Source: an uncultured Candidatus Saccharibacteria bacterium (GTDB lineage: Bacteria; Patescibacteriota; Minisyncoccia; 2-02-FULL-40-12; GWA2-44-9). From it: a stretch of 64,000 nucleotides of DNA. Numbering within the stretch: the stretch's first letter is position 1; every line of letters begins with the position of its first letter. The stretch lies in NCBI GenBank assembly GCA_964444955.1, contig CAYUJB010000001.1, forward strand, positions 1,816 through 65,815, given 5' to 3'. A program made the position numbers and the translations under genes. The notes under the pieces are model-generated. The model searched no databases and had not been told where the DNA came from. It saw nothing but the letters and a program-made list of their open reading frames with translations. Shown here piece by piece: positions 44,367-54,158 of this stretch.

Positions 44367-46421
44367 ATGAATGAGCGCCTCGAGAGTATTCGAGAATTTT
44401 TTCGAGAAAATCCACGCATGTGGATTGTGGCTGTTGGCGCGGTGCTCATCGCCGGTGGCGTCGCGTGGTATGTATTCCGTGGAACGTCGGTTGATCTTGG
44501 TAAATCGAATGCCCAACAGAGTGGCGGAGTTTGTGGTGACGGGGTGTGTGATGTAACAGAAGATAGCACATGCCCATCAGACTGTGGTCCCGGAACAGGC
44601 GGGGGTGGAGGCGTTGTTTGTAGTGCGACATTTCGATCGTGCCAAGGCACCGATGTGTTTCAGCACTACTCAAATTGCAACGGAGCTATCATCGAGCAGT
44701 GTGCAAGCGGGTGCAATCCGGGTAACGCCGATAACACCGCGGCTTTCTGTATCGGATCTTCGACGACACCGGGAATCACGCCGAAGGCTACACCCCCAAC
44801 CCCCCCACCTCCTACTCCGAGCGGCGACTGCACCAAGGGAGCAGATGGGTTGTGGTACTGCAAAAACCTGTCCTGTGGTCTAGCGGGCAATGGCTCCAAT
44901 CCCCCTGCAGGCCCGGCCAGTAGTATCCAGGTAGTCCAGTACCGCACCGTGTGTGACGACGTCGAGGGTCCTAATAATCCTCAAGTTGGGTGCAAGATCT
45001 TTATGGATGCGACGCCAAAGATTGGCGGACAAGAAGGATATCCACCACGAGATCCGTCCTGGAGCTGCACCAACTCGATGACCATCCCCGAGACCGACGG
45101 TCGCTACTGCTACACGCCATTTGGGAAAACAACCGTCACGGGTCCGGTGACCTGCTGCGCCAACACGGGACTACCGGGTGATTGCGTTTCATTTACCGTG
45201 CAACCCCGGTCGGGAGGCACCACGTCCCCCACCGCCAGCCCTGCGCCTGCGCTGCTGAAAGTCTCGTGCAGCGCAAACGCGGCAACGCTCACGTGGAATA
45301 TTCCTGCGCGTGCAAACTCGAATGCCGTGCAGCGTATGGTCCCCGGTGGTACGTGGACATGGGTGCTCCAAGACGCTACGGGAGCGCAAACTAGCTTTGT
45401 TGATTCGCCCTTGATCGCGGGTGCGCAGTGGCGCGTGAAGTCTGCGCCAAGCGTCGCGTCCAATGTGGTTTCCTGCGCTGGTCCGGTGAGCACACCCATT
45501 TCTGGTATTCCGCCCGCACAAGGCGATCCGGTTGAGTGTTTTCCCGCTCGTCAATCAGTGAGTCTCAATGAGACTGCACATCTGCAGGCGCAAGGCGGTA
45601 CGAATGTGTTCACGTGGAATGTGACGCAAGGAGGAGCAATTCAGGAGGGTGGCAACGAGTACATCGGTGTGTCATATCGTACATCTGGATTGAAAACATT
45701 ACGCGTCAGTAGTGGCGGCACGAGCGCAACGTGCACGATCGATGTGGCCGGAAGCATCGCGGGTGGTTCGCCGACGCCAACGCCTTCAAGTACCGTTGCC
45801 CCAGGACAGGCGTCATTGGTAGTTGAGAAGACCGCGCAAAATACTACTACCGGAGATCCCGTTGAGCGATCAGCCGTTACGGTTTTTCCTGGTCAAACGG
45901 TACAGTTTCGAGTCCGAATTACCAACGTGGGGTCGGCGCCCGCTATCGGGGTGAGCGCAGAGGATACGCTCCCTGCTGGTATGAGTTTTGTACCAGATTC
46001 AACCACGTTGAATGGGCAGACCGTTTCGGATGATTCGATTATCTTTGGCGGGCTTACTGTAGGAACGGTCGCACCTGGAGCGTCTACCATTGTCGAATGG
46101 TCAGCTGTTGCCGATCAGGCGGCTACACTTGCTTCGGGTCCCAATCGATCTACGCCCGAAGTGGTGGTGACCACGGATAATACTGATACCGGTGGAACCG
46201 ACAAGACGCGGGCGCAGATGCCGGTGGTGGTGTATGGTGCCGGCTCATCGGCGGGTGCCGGCGAAGTTCCAACGGGTCCGGGAGGTGCAGTAATCGTGGC
46301 GCTTATGACGGCCGCTGCTCTCACCCTTCTCTACAGCGGCTACACACGCTCCCCTACGTATCGACGTCGTGAGGCAGAGGACGTGAGCGAAGATCCGGGC
46401 CCACTCGATTTTCGTAGCTAA
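44367..46421 (+). CDS. large surface protein (Cys-rich module, PT linker, Ig-like and DUF11-like domains) with a C-terminal EVPTGP-TM-YTRSPTYRRREAEDVSEDPGPLDFRS signal
   Basis: 684 aa. N-terminal TM (MWIVAVGAVLIAGGVAWYVF), PT linker (ITPKATPPTPPPPTPSGD), Cys-bracketed Ig-like repeat (CFPARQS...CTIDVAG), DUF11-like block (TVFPGQTVQFRVRITNVGSAPAIGVSAEDTLPAGMSFVPDST). Confidence 0.6.
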   Translation: MNERLESIREFFRENPRMWIVAVGAVLIAGGVAWYVFRGTSVDLGKSNAQQSGGVCGDGVCDVTEDSTCPSDCGPGTGGGGGVVCSATFRSCQGTDVFQHYSNCNGAIIEQCASGCNPGNADNTAAFCIGSSTTPGITPKATPPTPPPPTPSGDCTKGADGLWYCKNLSCGLAGNGSNPPAGPASSIQVVQYRTVCDDVEGPNNPQVGCKIFMDATPKIGGQEGYPPRDPSWSCTNSMTIPETDGRYCYTPFGKTTVTGPVTCCANTGLPGDCVSFTVQPRSGGTTSPTASPAPALLKVSCSANAATLTWNIPARANSNAVQRMVPGGTWTWVLQDATGAQTSFVDSPLIAGAQWRVKSAPSVASNVVSCAGPVSTPISGIPPAQGDPVECFPARQSVSLNETAHLQAQGGTNVFTWNVTQGGAIQEGGNEYIGVSYRTSGLKTLRVSSGGTSATCTIDVAGSIAGGSPTPTPSSTVAPGQASLVVEKTAQNTTTGDPVERSAVTVFPGQTVQFRVRITNVGSAPAIGVSAEDTLPAGMSFVPDSTTLNGQTVSDDSIIFGGLTVGTVAPGASTIVEWSAVADQAATLASGPNRSTPEVVVTTDNTDTGGTDKTRAQMPVVVYGAGSSAGAGEVPTGPGGAVIVALMTAAALTLLYSGYTRSPTYRRREAEDVSEDPGPLDFRS

Positions 46422-46494
46422 AATGTTGATATGTCGGTGTATAAGAAATCTCCCAGGGTGTATACTCAAGGGAGATTTTCTTAATCGTATATCC

Positions 46495-46932
46495 ATGAAT
46501 ACACGGCAAACCATTCTCGTATCGATTGCAATTCTTCTTGTCGCTGTACTAGCTCTCTGGTGGTACTTCGGATTTTCGCTTGAGTTTATGAAATTCTTTG
46601 CCGCCGATTCAGCAACAACCAATACTGCCACCACGAGTGCGTCCCCTACAGTTTCACCATTGGGAGATAATTCTACCGCAAGTGTAGTAGTTGCCTGCTC
46701 GCCGCGCCTACAGAGTGTAAAGACCGGTGTGGCTGCGCAGTTCACCGCCAGTGGTGGATCTGGCAGCTATGAATGGTTCGCACCAAGTGGCACGCCAGAT
46801 ACCGGAACCGCGAAAGACTTTTCGGTAGTGTATACAGTGGCGGGTACCAAGAAGGTCACGGTGCAAGCTGCGCGGGGAGATGATTCAGGGAAAGTAGACA
46901 GCGTTGAGTGCACGGTACAAGTGGCCCCATAA
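46495..46932 (+). CDS. small anchored protein with the GFSLEFMKFFAA N-terminal motif and one Cys-bracketed Ig-like domain
   Basis: Start at ATG 46495 (MNTRQTILVSIAILLVAVLALWWYFGFSLEFMKFFAAD). Single domain CSPRLQSVKTGVAAQFTASGGSGSYEWFAP...VECTVQVAP. A TATACT hexamer lies at 46461-46466. Confidence 0.5.
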   Translation: MNTRQTILVSIAILLVAVLALWWYFGFSLEFMKFFAADSATTNTATTSASPTVSPLGDNSTASVVVACSPRLQSVKTGVAAQFTASGGSGSYEWFAPSGTPDTGTAKDFSVVYTVAGTKKVTVQAARGDDSGKVDSVECTVQVAP

Positions 46933-46939
46933 TGTGAAC

Positions 46940-49021
46940 ATGCAATCACCCCTCTCAGTAATCGCGGCATTCTTTCGTGCTAATAAGACATTCTTTACGA
47001 TTCTCTTGGGAGTCGTATTCGTGACCGCCGGATACTTTTGGTGGCAGGCAGGATTCACGCTGGATGTGAGTCGTTTCTTTGCGGCAGGTTGCGATGCTGA
47101 GCAGCTCAACGGTACATTTCGTCGCGGGCAAGTTTCGATCGTCAATAATAATGATTCCACGTGTGATGTGCACGTAACGGTGTGGGAGGTGTATTACCCG
47201 GCATCTGATCCACGTTTTATTAGTACCCAGGTGCTTTTCGATCAGGCATATGAGGGGTCGGTGGCACCCGGAGCCACTGCCACATTATCAGTGGATATCC
47301 CGGACTGTGTGTACCAGTATGATATTGGAACCGGAACGCCGCGCAGTACCCTCCCCTACGGATACGATCTTATCGATAGCGGTATCGTTTCACCCACCGG
47401 CTTGTACTGCGGCGAAACGGGTCCGACTCCAACCCCAACTCGTACCCCAACCCCATCCGTGTCTCCGACCCCGACACCTATAGCACTTGCGTGTGCAGTG
47501 GTACCGACGCAAGTTGTCGTGGGTTCGCCTGCAACCGTTACAGCAACGGGCGGCACCGGCGCGTACACCTGGTCTGCACCTGGCGGCACACTATCTTCGA
47601 CTACTACAAATCCTGCCAATGTCTCCTATGCAACTGCGGGCAGTAAGACGGTGACTGTGACAAGCGGTGGCAATCAAAACACCTGCTCGGTCGTGGTTGT
47701 TGCCGTGACGTTACCAACTCCTACGCCATCTGTTTCTGCATCGCCGTCTCCGACGGTTTCCCCACTCACGTGCGCTCCTTCGAGTCAGACAGTGGCTATT
47801 GGAGCTCAGGTACAAGCCGCGTCATCTGGCGGCGGAACGCAGATCTATAGTTGGTCTGCACCTGGAGGAAATCCGAGTACGTCCACGAATACCGGCTCTT
47901 TGTTTACCACATCGTATGGTGCCGCGGGCAGCTTCATAATTACTGTTACTGGTGGCGGGCAGAGCGCTACGTGCGCAGTGACGGTGCAGGGCCCCACGGC
48001 ATCCCAGCCGCATATCTTACTAACGAAACTTGCAAGAAATATCACCCATGGCTCCAATGAAGCCGACAGCGTTACCGCTTCACCGGGTAATGATATCGAG
48101 TTCTCGCTCCGCGTTCTCTCTGATGGTGTCGGCACGGTGGTGGGAGCAACCATTCGCGACGCTCTTCCGGCAGGCCTGACCTACGTTCGGGGATCAACGA
48201 GAATTGATTCCGCAACTGCCGCGGACGGCATCGTTTCCACAGGACTCGCCCTGGGCGATATAGCAGCCGGGCGCGCAATCACGATTCGATTCCGCGCCCT
48301 CGTATCCCCTGCTTCGTTCTTTGCTGCCGGAACCAGCGTGCTCACCAATACTGCGTATGCGCGCGGCACGAATACGCCAGAAGTGAGTGATGTCGCGTTT
48401 GTTTCAGTGATGAACGCTCCAGCGCAGCTAAGTGCTTCTCTTGCCAAGATGGGCCGTAACACCACGCGCGGTGAAACTGGTGAGCATTCGCCCGTTCGAT
48501 CCTCTCCAGGTGAGACGATTCAATTTGTATTACGAGCTCGCAATACGTCCTCGGGGACACTAACCAACGTTCTACTACGAGATATTCTTCCTTCGGAGAT
48601 TACGCTTGTTCCGGGTAGCGTTCGTATTGGCACCACGACTGCTTCAGACACGCTCGTGACCACAGGTGCATCATTGGGAACGCTCGTGCCAGGACAGGAG
48701 GTGCTCGTTACCTTTTCCGGAGTCGTAGCTGCAGCCGGAGCTCTTCCTGCAGGAGCTACTACGGTGCTTAATACTGCAACGCTTATGGGAACCGGAATCG
48801 GTACTATTACCGCGCAGCTGCCAGTCGTGATTACGAATGGTGGCGTTGCGGTGCCACCCGTGAACACTGGCCCCGCTGAAACCACTATGCTTGCACTTAT
48901 CATTTCCGCAGTCGTTACACTGCTCTACGTGGGGTATACGAGTACGGATACGTATCGACGACACGAAGCGAGCATACTCGCACAAGAGTCGCGCAACGAG
49001 CCATCTGATTTTAATTCCTAA
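46940..49021 (+). CDS. large surface protein: GFTLDVSRFFAA N-terminal motif, PT linker, two Ig-like repeats, DUF11-like domains, C-terminal PVNTGP-TM-YTSTDTYRRHEA signal
   Basis: Start at ATG 46940 (MQSPLSVIAAFFRANKTFFTILLGVVFVTAGYFWWQAGFTLDVSRFFAAG). PT linker PTPTPTRTPTPSVSPTPTP. Two Cys-bracketed repeats (CAVVPTQ..., CAPSSQT...). Tail SILAQESRNEPSDFNS. Confidence 0.6.
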   Translation: MQSPLSVIAAFFRANKTFFTILLGVVFVTAGYFWWQAGFTLDVSRFFAAGCDAEQLNGTFRRGQVSIVNNNDSTCDVHVTVWEVYYPASDPRFISTQVLFDQAYEGSVAPGATATLSVDIPDCVYQYDIGTGTPRSTLPYGYDLIDSGIVSPTGLYCGETGPTPTPTRTPTPSVSPTPTPIALACAVVPTQVVVGSPATVTATGGTGAYTWSAPGGTLSSTTTNPANVSYATAGSKTVTVTSGGNQNTCSVVVVAVTLPTPTPSVSASPSPTVSPLTCAPSSQTVAIGAQVQAASSGGGTQIYSWSAPGGNPSTSTNTGSLFTTSYGAAGSFIITVTGGGQSATCAVTVQGPTASQPHILLTKLARNITHGSNEADSVTASPGNDIEFSLRVLSDGVGTVVGATIRDALPAGLTYVRGSTRIDSATAADGIVSTGLALGDIAAGRAITIRFRALVSPASFFAAGTSVLTNTAYARGTNTPEVSDVAFVSVMNAPAQLSASLAKMGRNTTRGETGEHSPVRSSPGETIQFVLRARNTSSGTLTNVLLRDILPSEITLVPGSVRIGTTTASDTLVTTGASLGTLVPGQEVLVTFSGVVAAAGALPAGATTVLNTATLMGTGIGTITAQLPVVITNGGVAVPPVNTGPAETTMLALIISAVVTLLYVGYTSTDTYRRHEASILAQESRNEPSDFNS

Positions 49022-49022
49022 T

Positions 49023-50807
49023 ATGCAAATTCCGCAAAAATTGAAAGATGCATTCGGTGTGGTGCAGCAGAAATTCTCCAGTGTATTTGATGCAACGCTG
49101 CGTTTCTATCGAGCCAACACTGCGATATCACTGAGCGCATTTACGATTTTTAGCGTATTGCTGATCATGTGGGCACGCATCGGATTTACCTTTGACGTGA
49201 GTCGCTTCTTCGCAGCAGAGGTGCATACCCCATCGGCACTCAACGTGCAGTGCGGTGCAACGCAGAATGTACTTACCTGGACACTGCCCGCGGGACATGA
49301 TTCCAATAGCATCATTCGAAACGTCGATGGTGGCACTGGTGTCTGGGTGTGTGGTGGGCCAAGCAATATCGCTCCCTGCACAACGCTCTCGGTGGCAACC
49401 TATACTGATAGAAATATCCAACCAGGACACACGTATGCCTATCGACACAAGGCGTGGGCGGATACGCCGTCAAACACCGTGACCTGTTCGACGGTTACTG
49501 CACCCACCCCGACTCCTTCCACAACTAGTACACCGACGCCGACGCCATCGCTTACCCCCACTCCCACACCACTCATTCCTCCCGCGGGGACCATTCTTGG
49601 CGCTTGTACTGGTGGTCGAAATCCAGTTATTACGGTACGTTACAGTAAGTTTCCTCCCCCAGGCGGAGATCAGACCGTCAACAGCAATGGCATGAACAAG
49701 ACCACCACTCCATTGGGTGGCACACCGACCGTGGTGCAATTGCCAGATTATAATCCTGTCGATCGAGGGCAATATTGGGAATTTCAGGATTCGCAAGTCA
49801 TCAGCGGCTATACCTATTCGTATCGAGCCAAATACACGCCAGCAGTGGGCACGAATACCATTACGTTTGTCGCATCAGAAGCGAATTGTGGTCCGTCGCT
49901 TCCTCCTCCGAGTCCCACGCCGTCTACAACCCCGACACCGATCTCCACACCGACACCGAGCGCAACACCCACTCCCTCCCCCACGCCACTGGTGTGCGCA
50001 CCCGCAACCCAGACAGTAGCGGCAGGCCAGGTGTTCTCGCTCACTGCGCAGGGTGGTACCGGGGTATATCAGTGGACCTACGGTGCATCGCAGACTGCTA
50101 CCGGAGCGGCATTGGTGACATCGCTCGCCACACCGGGGACGAGTGGGATTACACTCACATCTGGCGGTCAGTCGACAACCTGCCAGGTAATTGTACAGCC
50201 GGCGGTTGTAGCTCGAGGTACTGCAGCAGTTTCTAGTACGGGAAAGAACGTCTCAACGAATGGTGTCGAGTCTTCTTCAGTTCAGGTTCGTACCGGCCAG
50301 CAACTTCAGGTGCTGATACGCGCTCGGAATGCGGCAACACAAGCAAATATTACTGGCGTTCTGGTGCGCTCGCAGCTCCCCGAAGGTTTAGTATATGTAC
50401 CCGGATCAACGCTTATCGCAGGAGTTGCGGCAGGAAGCGACGTAATCGTCACCACGGGGCTACCCCTTGGCGCTATTGGTCCTGGTCAAGAAATTCTCGT
50501 AACGTATCGCGCGACAGTGAATGCCGCTGCCTTTGCGGTTGGTACGACAGGCGTACGCGTGCAATCATCCGTGCAAGCCACTGACGTGCCAGGTGCAAGC
50601 GATGATCTTGATGTTGTCGTGACAAAGCCGACGCCCGGCACATCGGGGACGGTCCAAACTGGTCCCGGCGATGCGCTCTTGGCGGCATTTCTGGTCTCGT
50701 CAATCATCACACTGCTCTACGTCTCCTACACGCATACATCGACATACAAGCGTCACGAGATTGGGGCGATTACTGAAGATCGTGACCCCCTCGACTTCAG
50801 AAGCTAA
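49023..50807 (+). CDS. large surface protein: GFTFDVSRFFAA N-terminal motif, PT linkers, Ig-like repeat, DUF11-like domain, C-terminal TVQTGP-TM-YTHTSTYKRHE...DPLDFRS signal
   Basis: Start at ATG 49023 (MQIPQKLKD...) one nt after the upstream stop. The ORF-track start at 48891 overlaps the previous gene. Motifs TFDVSRFFAAE, PTPTPSTTSTPTPTPSLTPTPTP, CAPATQTVAAGQ...CQVIVQP. Confidence 0.6.
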   Translation: MQIPQKLKDAFGVVQQKFSSVFDATLRFYRANTAISLSAFTIFSVLLIMWARIGFTFDVSRFFAAEVHTPSALNVQCGATQNVLTWTLPAGHDSNSIIRNVDGGTGVWVCGGPSNIAPCTTLSVATYTDRNIQPGHTYAYRHKAWADTPSNTVTCSTVTAPTPTPSTTSTPTPTPSLTPTPTPLIPPAGTILGACTGGRNPVITVRYSKFPPPGGDQTVNSNGMNKTTTPLGGTPTVVQLPDYNPVDRGQYWEFQDSQVISGYTYSYRAKYTPAVGTNTITFVASEANCGPSLPPPSPTPSTTPTPISTPTPSATPTPSPTPLVCAPATQTVAAGQVFSLTAQGGTGVYQWTYGASQTATGAALVTSLATPGTSGITLTSGGQSTTCQVIVQPAVVARGTAAVSSTGKNVSTNGVESSSVQVRTGQQLQVLIRARNAATQANITGVLVRSQLPEGLVYVPGSTLIAGVAAGSDVIVTTGLPLGAIGPGQEILVTYRATVNAAAFAVGTTGVRVQSSVQATDVPGASDDLDVVVTKPTPGTSGTVQTGPGDALLAAFLVSSIITLLYVSYTHTSTYKRHEIGAITEDRDPLDFRS

Positions 50808-50895
50808 GCATCTTCGTCTCGTGTTTCGTGTCTCATGTCACATGATGCGTGGCCCGCTTTCTTTCGTGATGCTGCCGTGGTATTGATACTAGGAC

Positions 50896-53058
<2,163 letters not shown>

Positions 53059-53135
53059 AAATTGACAAGATGCATTATTAGTACTAAATGTAGATATTCG
53101 CTCACTGACAATTCAACTTTGAGAAAGGAGTTTGT

Positions 53136-53813
53136 ATGGCTGAAAAAACGGCTCAACAGAGCCAGATGGTGCAGATTTACGAAACCCTCATGGGTGCGGT
53201 TCCTGATCTGACCGAAGCTCAGGCTGGCAATCTGCAAGGCAACCGACACAAGCTTGCGAGCAGCGTGCGCGCGCTTCTCATGACGATGGCCGGAGGGCAC
53301 TTCAATCAACTACTAGAGTGGGAGAAGCTCTATCGAGAGATCGATCTTCCCATTGATCTCTCGCATATGCATGTTCCCCTACGACAAGATGACGCATCTA
53401 CCCTCGTTGTAGTGCATCCAGCGTTTACGATCGAGAAGCTCTTGTTCATTTGTTCGCGATTCTTTCCTGTTTGGCGCTGGACTGAAGAGTGCCTGGACAC
53501 GATTACATTCTCCGACAGAGTGGTAGAACTCGACCCGTATGCCATCTGGATTCGTGAAAGCACAAGCGCTACTCCCGACGCTGGCCGGAGAGTCGACGAA
53601 GTTCTTGATGGTTACCGCGTCGGCGGGAGCACACTCATGGAGCGCATCCTGTACGAATTCAAGCGTTGCCACGAGTCTCAATCGCCTCAAGATACAAGTA
53701 CTATTACGTTGTGTCGGGGCACGCGGGACGTTGAGGGAGGAATCCCGGGTGTTAGCTGGATTGATGGTGCGCTCTGCATTCATCCGTTTGTGCCGCCACC
53801 GAATGCAGAATGA
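53136..53813 (+). CDS. hypothetical protein
   Basis: 225 aa with no recognisable motif. Has a good Shine-Dalgarno sequence (AAGGAG 8 nt upstream) and is followed by a terminator. Confidence 0.4.
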   Translation: MAEKTAQQSQMVQIYETLMGAVPDLTEAQAGNLQGNRHKLASSVRALLMTMAGGHFNQLLEWEKLYREIDLPIDLSHMHVPLRQDDASTLVVVHPAFTIEKLLFICSRFFPVWRWTEECLDTITFSDRVVELDPYAIWIRESTSATPDAGRRVDEVLDGYRVGGSTLMERILYEFKRCHESQSPQDTSTITLCRGTRDVEGGIPGVSWIDGALCIHPFVPPPNAE

Positions 53814-53830
53814 GTTTTCGAAGTTCACTT

Positions 53831-53856
53831 CCCGACCAAAAGGTCGGGATTTTTTT
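53831..53856 (+). terminator. Rho-independent terminator (CCCGACC-aaaa-GGTCGGG plus T7)
   Basis: 7-bp GC stem followed by seven T, 18 nt after the stop of the preceding gene. Confidence 0.55.
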
Positions 53857-53925
53857 GGGCAATAAAAATCCCCCACCCCAACGACGTGTCTGTCGGTAGG
53901 CAGGGGTCCGAGCGATCTTTCCTCG

Positions 53926-54049
53926 TTGACGCAGAACATCGTGTGCTTGGTAGAATGTCCTCCCCTCTCCGGACCGCCAGATTCGGATGGGATTCAAGGC
54001 GCGAACGAGTCGTCTTGTTTGACGCAGAACATCTTGCGCTTGGTCGAGT
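53926..54049. repeat. two 31-bp direct repeats (ttgacgcagaacatcKtgYgcttggtMgaRt) spaced 93 bp apart
   Basis: Copy 1 at 53926-53956 and copy 2 at 54019-54049, with 27/31 identity. They lie in the convergent intergenic region between the hypothetical gene and the GT2 gene. Confidence 0.45.
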
Positions 54050-54158
54050 TCGAGGCGCGAGTGAGGACTAAACCGAACCGTATGGAGTATACGGTGAGGG
54101 AGGACTGGAGCGAGCAACGAAGAAATCGACCAAGCCCGAAGGGCGGGTAAGCCATCAA

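Noticed and set aside
46980-47080. GFTLD motif as a type IV prepilin (class III) signal peptide
   Set aside because: In prepilins the G|FTL(I/L)E motif comes before the hydrophobic helix and follows a short basic leader. Here the helix comes before the motif and no hydrophobic stretch follows. I report it only as a novel juxtamembrane motif.
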